Assembly (NCBI GenBank): GCA_965219385.1
Contig: CBDCNM010000002.1
Location: 2,164,936 to 2,228,935 of the forward strand
Source: Candidatus Latescibacterota bacterium
GTDB taxonomy: Bacteria; Latescibacterota; UBA2968; UBA8231
Direction: 5' to 3'
DNA length: 64,000 nucleotides
Of this stretch, positions 22,717 to 31,721 are shown piece after piece. Below the pieces are notes generated by a model. It made no database searches, was not told the DNA's origin, and was given only the letters and a program-made list of their open reading frames with translations. The translations under genes and the position numbers were made by a program. The stretch's first letter is position 1, and every line of letters starts with the position of its first letter.

Positions 22717-23283
22717 TCATCCGTTCGCAGTATTATCCTGAGCATCTGAGAGTTGCCTGAATTCGGCCTCCAGGATCGAATAATTCACCCGGTCATACCA
22801 ATGTCCTCCAAAGAAGAACGTTTCGCGCTGCTGACCTTCCCGCTGGAAACCACACTTTTCGAGCACGCGGATCGCGGGACTGTTAAAAGCCACTGGATTC
22901 GCCGCTAGTCGATGGAGTCCCAGATGATCAAATGCATAGCTGATGATGAGTTGGAGGGCGTTCGTGCCATACCCTTTGCCGCGATCGGATACTCTGGCAA
23001 AGCCTAATCCCAGCTCTGCAGATCGGTCTTGCCAATCGATACTATGTAGCTGAACATGCCCGATAATCTTTCCATCCAAGTTAAAGACGCCGAAGTCAAC
23101 CCCAGTCTGACCTTGCTTACCTTGAATTTCTTCAAACCATTTGTCGGCGTTTTCTTGAGCAAGTCCTGGCTGAACGTGCTCCGTCGGGACATCCCCGGCG
23201 GTTTCCGTCATCTTCCACAGCGTATGGCAATGTTCTCGTTCCAAAGCCCTCAGGGTCGCATGCTCACCGCGAAGTTCGATCAT
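22717..23283 (-). CDS. GNAT (RimJ/RimL-like) N-acetyltransferase
   Basis: SAELGL, RGKGYGT, NSPAIRVLEKCGFQREG. Confidence 0.9.
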   Translation of the reverse strand: MIELRGEHATLRALEREHCHTLWKMTETAGDVPTEHVQPGLAQENADKWFEEIQGKQGQTGVDFGVFNLDGKIIGHVQLHSIDWQDRSAELGLGFARVSDRGKGYGTNALQLIISYAFDHLGLHRLAANPVAFNSPAIRVLEKCGFQREGQQRETFFFGGHWYDRVNYSILEAEFRQLSDAQDNTANG

Positions 23284-23329
23284 AATGTCCGCCTGTACTC
23301 TGCCTTCTAAGGGGAGGCTGGCATTTCCT

Positions 23330-23803
23330 AGTTAGCAACGTCAGGTCATCGAGGAACTGCATCTCAATATCCTCCTCATCAAGAGCGGCTAGCAACAAAG
23401 AAGCGCAGCGAACCATGCTCGTGCAGAGGGCAGGCAACAACTCTCCCTATCGCCTCGAAATCGTAGCGTTTTCCTCCATGCTCTTGAAGATCCCCGCACG
23501 AACGTCACGACCATAAAAAGCCTTCTGGCTAAAACCTAGCAACAGCCTGTAATAGCCAAGAAGCCGGGGATTCTGACAAAGGAGATAGGGCACTGGAAAA
23601 AGGAGTTCACCCCGCAAACCATGCGTAGCAAGAAGCTTGAGATCATCTTCGCTCACATACTCACGGAGTTGCGCGTCAATCTCTTGCAGGGAGGAATTCC
23701 GCACGGTTGTCAGGAGTGCTTGCTGCAGGAGTTCGTTTCTAATCGTCTTGAGTGACTTGGAGAAGTCAATCTGCAATTCGGGCACGGGGAGGTTTATCAT
23801 CAC
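23330..23803 (-). pseudogene. XcyI-family type II restriction endonuclease with in-frame TAG, 3'-truncated
   Basis: GLRGELLFPVP...NPRLLGYYRLLLGFSQKAFY. After TAG 23447 the frame continues LLPALC...FLDDLTLLT and then ends. Confidence 0.75.
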
Positions 23804-23939
23804 TGAGTTTCAGGTTAAGTTTGAGTTGCTGCTCGTGTTTCGATAGACGACTCGCAGCCAATTCTACATAGTCAGGGTGGAGCTCAATTCCTATGTACTT
23901 TCTACAGATTCTTTGCATACGAGACCGACAGTACCTGCA
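23744..23939. repeat. About 196-bp near-identical copy of 28609-28805 (MTase tail / REase head)
   Basis: Direct comparison shows a few substitutions and one indel. Confidence 0.95.
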
Positions 23940-25110
23940 GGCTTTGGTGCATGAATCGGCGGTTCTTCTTGTGTGCAGCGGTTGAATAAAGATAGGTTCC
24001 TTAGTAGATTGGGCATGACCTTCTTGCCAAAAATCAATGCCGTCTCGTCCAAGGAACCTGTCATGCCTAAAGTATCGTCCTCCTCGCCTTCCGTCAAGCC
24101 CCGTCGCTCCAAGGTCGTGTACCGGGTGCGTAATGGGCCCGCCTATGAGGCGGAGCTGCAACAGCGCGGTAGTCTAACGGTGTGGTTTACACCCCAAGCG
24201 GTCCAAGCCTGGTATTATCAAGGGCCGCCCCAGCGGGGGGCGCAATATACCTTTTCGGAAGGGGCCCTCCAAACGGCGTTGACCCTGCGCCTTTTGTATC
24301 ACTTGCCCCTGCGCCAAACCGAGGGGTTTGTCGCCTCCGTGTTGGCCCTGATGGGGCTGGATCTGCGGGTGCCCGATCACACGACGTTATCGCGGCGACA
24401 AGCCGGCTTGGCCGTGGATCTACCGCAACCACGGGGACGCGCACCGATCCACTTAGTAGTGGACTCGACCGGGCTGAAAGTGTATGGCGAAGGCGAGTGG
24501 AAGGTACGTCAGCACGGCTGGAGCAAGCGACGCACGTGGCGCATAGTGCACTTGGGCGTTGATGAAGCCACCGGCGAGATCGTCGCGCCGACCTTGACGA
24601 CGAAGAGCCACGATGATGCCGGGCCGGTCAAGCCGTTGCTGGCACCGGTCGAGGCGCCCGTGGAGGCGTTGGGGGGCGATGGAGCCTATGACCAGCGCAA
24701 GGTCTTCGACGCCTTGGCCGCGCCCGAGCCGGGACCGCCTATTCGACCGATCATTCCACCCCGCCGCAACGCCAAGATCGAGCAACATGGTAACACCAAG
24801 GCCGAACCGTTGCCCCGCGATGAGACGATCCGAGCCCTTCGCAAACAGGGCCGTCGAGCGTGGAAAAAAACCAGCGGCTATCATCGCCGCTCGGTAGCCG
24901 AAACGCAGATGTTTCGCTATAAGCGAATGCTGGGCGGCACCTTGCGCGCCCGAACCCTAACCAACCAACAGACCGAAACACGGTTGGGCTGTGCGCTGCT
25001 CAACCGGCTACTGCATCTGGCAAAACCCGAGTCCTATCCGCTAACCAAAAAAGCGTAAACCACAGACGGCAGGAGTCAACACTTCCGCCCGGTTTTCATG
25101 CAACAAAGCC
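23940..25110 (+). mobile_element. IS5 family (IS903-like) insertion sequence
   Basis: 16-bp TIRs GGCTTTGGTGCATGAA / TTCATGCAACAAAGCC with one mismatch; no target duplication. Confidence 0.92.
24063..25058 (+). CDS. IS5 family DDE transposase
   Basis: QRGSLTVW, PDHTTLSRR, VDSTGLKVYGEGEW, GDGAYD, GYHRRSVAET. Probable start ATG 24063. Confidence 0.92.
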   Translation: MPKVSSSSPSVKPRRSKVVYRVRNGPAYEAELQQRGSLTVWFTPQAVQAWYYQGPPQRGAQYTFSEGALQTALTLRLLYHLPLRQTEGFVASVLALMGLDLRVPDHTTLSRRQAGLAVDLPQPRGRAPIHLVVDSTGLKVYGEGEWKVRQHGWSKRRTWRIVHLGVDEATGEIVAPTLTTKSHDDAGPVKPLLAPVEAPVEALGGDGAYDQRKVFDALAAPEPGPPIRPIIPPRRNAKIEQHGNTKAEPLPRDETIRALRKQGRRAWKKTSGYHRRSVAETQMFRYKRMLGGTLRARTLTNQQTETRLGCALLNRLLHLAKPESYPLTKKA

Positions 25111-25161
25111 GTGTAGTCAGCTAAGTGCTTCTTCATTGTGAGGGGCCGATCTATCTTCTAG

Positions 25162-25364
25162 GTGGACTTTTGCAAAAATCGGAAAATTTGTAGAAAATCA
25201 CTATTTCACGAAAAGACAGCCGATTGAACCACCTTGACCTATTTCGTTTATAAATAATTTAAAATCAATATATTAAGTGTTTAATACGTCGCTGGCGGAC
25301 TCTATGCCGACTGCTGTAACAATATCAGCAAAGCGCGCAAAAAGTCAAATTTGCAAAAGTCTAG
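25162..25364. mobile_element. 203-bp non-autonomous MITE
   Basis: TIRs GTGGACTTTTGCAAA / TTTGCAAAAGTCTAG, flanked by a TTCTAG duplication (25156-25161, 25365-25370). The paralogous region at about 22494 has a single TTCTAG. Confidence 0.85.
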
Positions 25365-25465
25365 TTCTAGAGTGCCCTACAGATTCGGGTACCAGCACCC
25401 CGTGGTCTTCGGGCGGCACAGGACGTGCCGTCCCCCCCGGGGGAGGAAGCTGCACTTGCGCTTAA
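25365..25465. repeat. About 100-bp copy of the PhyH cassette leader (other copy 22494-22592)
   Basis: ttctagagtgccctacagattcgggtaccagc...gctgcacttgcgcttaa in both. MKKHLADY codons recur at 25111-25137. Confidence 0.92.
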
Positions 25466-25550
25466 CGTCTCCACAATTCCCGACAGCTCGAAGGGCTGTG
25501 CCGGAGGCCAAGCGCCGAATGGCGCGCAGAAGGAATTGCTGTGATATATG
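25460..25550 (-). repeat. attC-like site B (about 91 bp)
   Basis: Minus strand CATATATC-acag-CAATTCC...GGAATTG-tggagac-GTTAAGC. Confidence 0.7.
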
Positions 25551-25656
25551 ACGTGGGTATCCCTATCGGAAAGCCAATCAGTTGTACGGCCATAATGGCG
25601 CCATTACTGGTGCACAAAAAGCATGCGCATGGCATGGCTATCACGGTCACTTGTCC

Positions 25657-26148
25657 TCACCACGTAGTGGGTATCGGTAGCAGCAGATCCCCTTGAATCG
25701 GCACAAACCGTGTCGACGATTCAATTAGGTGATGGGCAGTTAGCCCTGGGACATCGTACACCTCAACGGACAGCATGAATTCGTTCACCAGCCTGTCAAT
25801 CGCCAGGGCGTAGTCCCCATCCCCCGAAGCGAGGACAACGGTATCTACTTGATCCGCGTATTCGAGCATGTCGAGCGCAATCCCTACGTCCCAGTCTCCC
25901 TTACTTGAACCGTCTGCTCTCTGGATGTAAGGCGTAAGCTTTACCTCGAATCCAATTCTTGCCAAAATCTGCTGAAACTGGGCCTGCTTTCTGTCGCCCT
26001 TATCAACAGCATATGCTATTGCTTTTACGAGCTTCCTGCCGATCGTCACCTCGTCATGGAAACGTCCGTAATCGAAATGGCAATCGTACTGTTGCCTGAC
26101 TGTGTAGTAAACATTCTGCACATCTGCGAATACGGCTACGCGATCCAT
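25657..26148 (-). CDS. NYN/LabA-DUF88 domain protein
   Basis: VAVFADVQN, KGDWDVGIALD, LASGDGDY. Confidence 0.88.
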   Translation of the reverse strand: MDRVAVFADVQNVYYTVRQQYDCHFDYGRFHDEVTIGRKLVKAIAYAVDKGDRKQAQFQQILARIGFEVKLTPYIQRADGSSKGDWDVGIALDMLEYADQVDTVVLASGDGDYALAIDRLVNEFMLSVEVYDVPGLTAHHLIESSTRFVPIQGDLLLPIPTTW

Positions 26149-26199
26149 GTAGTCCTCTCCGGTGCCTGCCTGTTTTGTGATTTCAACCGAGGCAATATG

Positions 26200-26335
26200 G
26201 ATTGGTGTTGTTCTTCCCAAGCGTGGACAACGGCGCCCAGCGTATCGAGCAGAGAATAAAGCGGATGACGCTCATCAGTGCCCACTTCATCGATCAGGCT
26301 GTTGAGCCGCTCCAAGGCCAAATCGTATTCCTGCA
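26200..26335 (-). pseudogene. HigA-like antitoxin internal fragment
   Basis: EYDLALERLNSLIDEVGTDERHPLYSLLDTLGAVVHAWEEQH; the HTH is missing. Confidence 0.65.
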
Positions 26336-26344
26336 TGAGGTACT

Positions 26345-26705
26345 TCACGCCTCAACGGGGGTCAGGCGGAATACCCGAGCCATCTGAGTCGCGTGCTCCA
26401 GATCACCGACCCTTAGAGCCTCACGAACGTCATCTAGCTTACCGGCGTCCCCCACCGAAAGATAGGGCGGCCATCCTGCCTCCCCATCGATCAACTCGAC
26501 CTCCACCTCCGCAGCATATTCCCCTGCGTAGTTACTCTGCTCGTCATGTTCGTCTCCTCACGAAGCGCTCGTCCCAATCCCGTGTGTTGGGGCTATAGGC
26601 CGTCACTACGACGGCGGGTGAAGTGTGTCCAGCTGGGATGCCCCACACAATGTGTATCGCTTGCCCTGCTCGGTCATGCTGTAATACGAGAACACAGGGT
26701 CCTTT
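26345..26705 (-). pseudogene. Remnant DUF4258-like toxin (3' part) and its frameshifted small partner gene
   Basis: GPCVLVLQHDRAGQAIHIVWGIP...VVVTAYSP, followed by GEYAAEVEVELIDGEAGWPPYLS...DDVREALRVGD. Confidence 0.6.
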
Positions 26706-26839
26706 AGCTTGAACTTTGCCCTTTATAATTCCTAAGTGTTTCGATCCATTTGGTCAAATAGGCGTCAGATCAACCTTTGCTGGGCCGTCACCGGCACTGC
26801 CCACCAATCAGTCGGGCCGCACCGCGACCCGAAAGCGGG

Positions 26840-28393
26840 CTACTTGAGGTAGAGTAGCCGCTGGGTCTCTACCCCGGTGGGGTAGTGCAGGCGGGTGAAG
26901 TAGACCCCGGCCGCCACCCTAGCGCCCCCCTGGTCGTGGGCGTCCCAGTGGGCCTGGTAGAAGCCGACGGGCTGGAACTCGTCCACTAGCGTGCGCACCC
27001 GCTGGCCCAGGGTATTGTAGATCACCAGCCGCACCAGGCCCGGGGTGGCCAGGCGGTAGGGGATCTGGGTGCTGGCGTTGAAGGGATTGGGCACATTGGG
27101 CTCCAGGCCGCTGGCGGCCGGTCTCTCCGCCGCCGCCTCGCTGATGTGGGTCGGGGCGCCACCTGTATCCCACAGCAGTACGGTGCCGTCCCAACTACCA
27201 CTGGCGAGGGTGGACCCATCCGGCGAGAATGCCACGGAAGTGACAAAATTAGTATGCCCTTGTAGGGAGGCCTTGGGTTGACCGCTGTCCACGTCCCATA
27301 GCCATATCTCGTGCTCACTCCCACCGGCTAGGGTGGTTCCATCCAGCGAGAACGCCACGGGGAGGACAACATCCGCATGCCCTTTAAAGATTGCTTGGGG
27401 TTGGCCGTTGCCCACATCCCATAGCCATATCTCGTGCTCACTCCCACCGGCTAGGGTGGTTCCATCCAGCGAGAACGCCATGTAAGTGATCCCGTCCCGA
27501 TACACAAGGAACTCAACGTTGCCCACCGTTCTACTATCTGGCGAGAACTTCACGGAAAGTACAGCATCATTCGTATGTCTTTGCAGGGTAGCCTTTTGTT
27601 GGCCGCTGTCCACGTCCCACAGCAGAATCGTGCCGTGCTCAGTCCCACTGGCCAGGGTGGATCCGTCCGGCGAGAACTTCACGGAAAGTACAGCATCATC
27701 CGTATGTCTTTGCAGGGTAGCCTTGCGTTGGCCGCTACCCATATCCCATAGCAGAACCATGCCGTGCTCAGTCCCACTGGCCAGGGTGGATCCGTCCGGC
27801 GAGAATGCCACGGAAGTGACCCGGGATATATACTCCTCAAGGCTAGCCAGCGAGCCTCCATCCGGCGAGAACGCCATGGTAGTGACAAAATCCGTATGTC
27901 CCTCCAGGGTCTCTTTGGGTTGGCCGCTGTCCACGTCCCACAGCAGAATCGTACCGTCCCAACTCCTACTCGCCAGGGTGGTTCCATCCGGTGAAAACGA
28001 TAAGGAAGAGACCCCAACCGCATGCCCCTCAAGGATCGTCTGGAGTTGACCGCTGCCCATATCCCACAACCATATCGTGCCGTCCCCGCCCCCACTGGCC
28101 AGGATTTTGCCATCTGGTGAAAACGCCACGGAATGGACAGGCCCCGTATGTCCGGTGAGCAGGGCCACTTCGGCACCAGTAGGCGCATCATAGAGCCAGA
28201 TGCCGATACTACTGGCTATCGCCAGCCGAGCGCCATCGGGCGAATAGGCGATTCCCTTTATCGAACCTTTGCCGAGGCGCGCCTTCGCCCCTTCGGGCAG
28301 ACTCCACCGGGTATAGTCTTGGGCGAGGCTGTTCGACACGAACAGGACACATACGAACAAGAGGGCGACGTTGAACAACCGGGTCTTTTTCAT
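26840..28393 (-). CDS. Secreted WD40-repeat protein with C-terminal FlgD-Ig-like tail
   Basis: Signal peptide, repeated GH...SVAFSPDG.TLASG..DGTI.LWD, tail PNPFNASTQI...AAGVYF. Confidence 0.92.
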   Translation of the reverse strand: MKKTRLFNVALLFVCVLFVSNSLAQDYTRWSLPEGAKARLGKGSIKGIAYSPDGARLAIASSIGIWLYDAPTGAEVALLTGHTGPVHSVAFSPDGKILASGGGDGTIWLWDMGSGQLQTILEGHAVGVSSLSFSPDGTTLASRSWDGTILLWDVDSGQPKETLEGHTDFVTTMAFSPDGGSLASLEEYISRVTSVAFSPDGSTLASGTEHGMVLLWDMGSGQRKATLQRHTDDAVLSVKFSPDGSTLASGTEHGTILLWDVDSGQQKATLQRHTNDAVLSVKFSPDSRTVGNVEFLVYRDGITYMAFSLDGTTLAGGSEHEIWLWDVGNGQPQAIFKGHADVVLPVAFSLDGTTLAGGSEHEIWLWDVDSGQPKASLQGHTNFVTSVAFSPDGSTLASGSWDGTVLLWDTGGAPTHISEAAAERPAASGLEPNVPNPFNASTQIPYRLATPGLVRLVIYNTLGQRVRTLVDEFQPVGFYQAHWDAHDQGGARVAAGVYFTRLHYPTGVETQRLLYLK

Positions 28394-28457
28394 CGGCAGG
28401 CTCTCCTTTGGTCTGAACGCTGATGTATCCGATATGGGGCTACCCCGTGTGTCCGGG

Positions 28458-28608
28458 CTACTTGAGGTAGAGTAGCCGCCGGGTCTGCACCCCGCCGGGG
28501 TGGTGCAGGCGCACGAGATAGACGCCCGCCGCTAACGTCGTGCCGCGCTGGTCGCGGGCGTCCCAGCGGACTCGGTACGAGCCGGCGGGTTGGAACTGGT
28601 CCACGAGC
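28458..28608 (-). pseudogene. Orphan FlgD-Ig tail of a deleted paralogue
   Basis: LVDQFQPAGSYRVRWDARDQRGTTLAAGVYLVRLHHPGGVQTRRLLYLK*, homologous to 26840-26990. Confidence 0.8.
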
Positions 28609-28630
28609 CGTCTTGAGTGACTTGGAGAAG

Positions 28631-29557
28631 TCAATCTGCAATTCGGGCACGGGGAGGTTTATCATCACTGAGTTTCAGGTTAAGTTTGAGTTGCTGCTCG
28701 TGTTTCGACAGACGACTCGCAGCCAATTCTACATAGTCAGGGTGGAGCTCAATTCCTATGTACTTTCTACAGATTCTCTGACATACGAGACCGACAGTAC
28801 CTGCACCGAAAAAAGGGTCTAGCACATAGTCCCCTGGTCGGCTTCCTGCCAGGATGCATGGTTCGATAAGTTTAGGGGGGAATGTAGCGAAGTGGGCATC
28901 CTTGCAGGGCTCCGTATTCACGTCCCAGACGGAACGACGATTACGCTTGCCTGTGCCGTTGTCACTGGGCTCCTTGATGGCTTCGTGGTCGTAGTAATAA
29001 CGCTCGCTTCTGGTGAAAAGGAAGATGTACTCATGGGCTCGCGTAGGACGATCCTTCACGCTTTCTGGCATGGCGTTCGGCTTATGCCAGACGATGTCAC
29101 TACGTAGGTACCAGCCATCCTCCTGCAGCGCCAGCGCCAGACGCCAGGGGACGCCGATCAAATCCTTTGGTTTGAGACCTTGCGGGGTGTCAGGTCGTAC
29201 GGACATCGCCCGGGCCGGGTTCTTCTTGTCAGGGGCACGCCAGCTTCTATTTCCGCTCGTGTAACCATCTCCGATATTTAACCAGAACGTCCCATCTTTC
29301 TTCAGGACCCACTTGGCTTCCTGGAAAACGGCGATTAAGCGGTTGATGAATTGGGGTAGCGTCGGCTCTAGACCAATTTGGTCTTCAATGTCGTAATCCC
29401 TAAGACCCCAGTAGGGGGGCGAAGTTACTACACACTAGATAGACTCACGCGGCAATCGGGAGAGGACATGGTGAGCATCTCCAAGGAGGATCATCGAGTC
29501 GGAGAGTTGGATGTCCGGTAAGTAGCTTGATAGCCTTTCACTTACAAGGAATGCCAT
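28631..29557 (-). pseudogene. Beta-class m4C DNA methyltransferase (XcyI/Cfr9I-like) with one in-frame TAG
   Basis: ...RESI*(29435)CVVTSPPYWGLRDY continues in frame to HFATFP and DPFFGAGT; overlaps a 20-codon REase stub at 28609-28668. Confidence 0.88.
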
Positions 29558-29677
29558 AAATTCTTCGCCAGTCTGCGTAACGGAATCGTGGGGAGTGCAT
29601 CTATATAGAAAAACTACAAAACAAAATGACCTTCTCCAATCCCATTTCAGCCTCATTGGGCCGCCGGCTTTATGGCG

Positions 29678-29772
29678 GCCCAACGTCTCACGGTTTGCGA
29701 ACCCCGAGCTTGTCGAGGGGTTGCCGAAGGCCAAGGCGCATTGGCACCGCAGCGCAAACCGATGTGTTACAG
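29678..29772 (-). repeat. attC-like site C (95 bp)
   Basis: Minus strand CTGTAAC-acat-CGGTTTGCG...CGCAAACCG-tgagac-GTTGGGC. The R'' side TTCCTGTAAC pairs with TTACAGGAA at the far end of the cassette (30361-30369). Confidence 0.8.
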
Positions 29773-29800
29773 GAAGCGAGAAAGATACAGCCTGGGTATG

Positions 29801-30028
29801 TCAACCGGTACTCTTGGTAGAGTCCACCGGTCCTTCTCCCGCGTCCATAAACGATCGAAGAGCATTGTTTACGGCCTCGTCCGTGGGAAATGCTTTCGCA
29901 ACGTCTGGGTGGAGTAGAACCAAATTTGTCCCTGACCGAAAGGATGCCAAATACTTACCCCGGACACCAGGACCGAGATCTCCACGGCGATATTCTGGAC
30001 GCAGCTCGTCTGGATCAGCCTTCTTCAT
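29801..30028 (-). CDS. BrnA-like antitoxin
   Basis: DELRPEY...GVRGKY...VLLHPDVAKAFPTDEAVNNALR, downstream of BrnT. Confidence 0.8.
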   Translation of the reverse strand: MKKADPDELRPEYRRGDLGPGVRGKYLASFRSGTNLVLLHPDVAKAFPTDEAVNNALRSFMDAGEGPVDSTKSTG

Positions 30029-30067
30029 AAATCCTCCTTTCCCGACGCGTCATTAAACGTGCACTGA

Positions 30068-30283
30068 TTATTCTTTTCCGGCTCGTTGGGTATGTGAGAT
30101 GACTACCAATCGATTCAATCTCGACAGGCCAAAAGTAAGATAGTGTTCTTCATCCACTGAGTGATCGGGATCGGGGAAGGTTATTGCCAGTGGGTCCCCA
30201 AAAACAGTGGCCCCTTCGTGAAAAGTGAGGTCGTGTTTTCGCTCGTTTGCTCTGGTTTTTTCTGGATCCCATTCAAATTCCAT
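30068..30283 (-). pseudogene. BrnT (DUF497) toxin, C-terminus disrupted
   Basis: MEFEWDPEKTRANERKHDLTFHEGATVFGDP. Stops before the IISAR-like motif, which appears out of frame at about 30070-30040. Confidence 0.8.
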
Positions 30284-30559
30284 CTGTTGACGGCTTCCTC
30301 ATCAATAATAGTAGCCCCAGTGGTCTATTATCCCGCAGCAAAAGCGATTTCCGATCTCTTTTCCTGTAATGAGGCGGCGGCTTTATGGCGGCCCAACTAC
30401 TGTATTCCCAACGTACGTCGTCTAACCCGCCTAAAATAAGGGGATGGACGACCTAGGTCAACTTTTGTCGTGCACTGTGGGCAATGGTGCAAAAGGGCCC
30501 TTGCCGGTTGGGGCCATCTTGGGCCATATTCAGTGCAAATGTGGAAGGAGGATGGCTGT

Positions 30560-31384
30560 ATGACCACCCTTGACGACTTCGAACCCCTGCGTCCTGAGCT
30601 GGAGGAAAGGCTGGGGTCGTGCCTCGATGCTTTGGGGACCAACCCTGTACCGGTAGTGGCGAGCGCCAAACGAGAGAGTGGAGAAAGTCCGCTGTGGGCT
30701 TTAAGGGTGGGGGAGCGCGCCGTTGTGAGCGCGCAAGCCCGGTGGGTGGAGCCCCTGCAAGGGATGGTTGAAAATCTCATCCCCGAAGAGCTGTTCTCCA
30801 TCTTCGGCGCCTACGAAATGGCCCGCATCACCCTGCCCGATGGAGTGGGAGTCTGGGGACCGAACTGGTATTATATCGGCGATGAACGCAGCTTTCGTCC
30901 TCCGGATGACGACCGGCCGGTCCAGCTTACCCAGGATGAAATGCTCGGATCCGTCGACTATGAAATCTTCTGGCACTGTCCTTCGGATGACGCCCTCATG
31001 GGATTCGGCATTTTTGAGGAAGAACAGCTGGTGGCTCTGGCCACGGTCCGCGCCACCTACGAAAGGATCTGGGAGATCGGCATGGAAGTGGTGCCCGATG
31101 CCAAGGGGCGCGGCCTGGGACGTGCGGTCGTGGGCGCGGCCGGACGCTGGATACTGCAAAATGGCCGGATCATCATGGCCACGGTCGCGGCCTGGAACGT
31201 GCCCTCCACCCGCACCCTGCGGTCCGTGGGGCTCAAGTATGTGCTGGCGGATATGCAGACTACGACCGATCATTTTCACATGCCTCCACAACCCCTGGGC
31301 CAGCCCTGTCCGGGAGCCGAGCTCTACAACCGCTATCCCGACTGGGCCATGAACCAGCAGATCCGGCCCAAGAAACCTTCTTAG
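30560..31384 (+). CDS. GNAT-family acetyltransferase
   Basis: EIGMEVVPDAKGRGLGRAVV, NVPSTRTLRSVG. RBS GGAGG before ATG 30560. Confidence 0.8.
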   Translation: MTTLDDFEPLRPELEERLGSCLDALGTNPVPVVASAKRESGESPLWALRVGERAVVSAQARWVEPLQGMVENLIPEELFSIFGAYEMARITLPDGVGVWGPNWYYIGDERSFRPPDDDRPVQLTQDEMLGSVDYEIFWHCPSDDALMGFGIFEEEQLVALATVRATYERIWEIGMEVVPDAKGRGLGRAVVGAAGRWILQNGRIIMATVAAWNVPSTRTLRSVGLKYVLADMQTTTDHFHMPPQPLGQPCPGAELYNRYPDWAMNQQIRPKKPS

Positions 31385-31662
31385 AAACCGAAGATGCTGT
31401 TGCCGGTCTTGCCGGTGAAGTAGTCCGCGACCTGCCAGGCGCCGTTGCAAAACATCTGGCCGGCGATCAATCCAAGGAAAAAGGTCTGACTGCGGCGGTA
31501 GAGGGTAGAGCCGCCGTAGCGCAGGTGGCGAGGAAAAAGCTGAGGAAGCAGCCCACCCAGAATCCGCGCAGGGTCAGTTTGTGCTGCCCCCCCGCCCTGG
31601 AGGATGGACTGGCTCTGGATGTCCAGGTAGTGGTGGTACTCCTTGGGGATGTCCTTGCTCAA
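31381..31662 (-). pseudogene. Internally deleted paralogue of the adjacent membrane protein
   Basis: N-terminus MSKDIPKEY resembles SKEIPGAY and C-terminus DYFTGKTGNSIF resembles DYFTGKIGNSIF; about 1.9 kb of the middle is missing. Confidence 0.85.
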
Positions 31663-31721
31663 GGGTTTGCACTCCGGGAATTGGTGATAGATAAAACTAT
31701 AGAGAGTTAACTTTTAGGGCA

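Noticed and set aside
26840..28393. Diversity-generating retroelement TR/VR pair in the WD40 or TPR repeats
   Set aside because: No reverse transcriptase in the window, and the differences between repeats are not adenine-specific.
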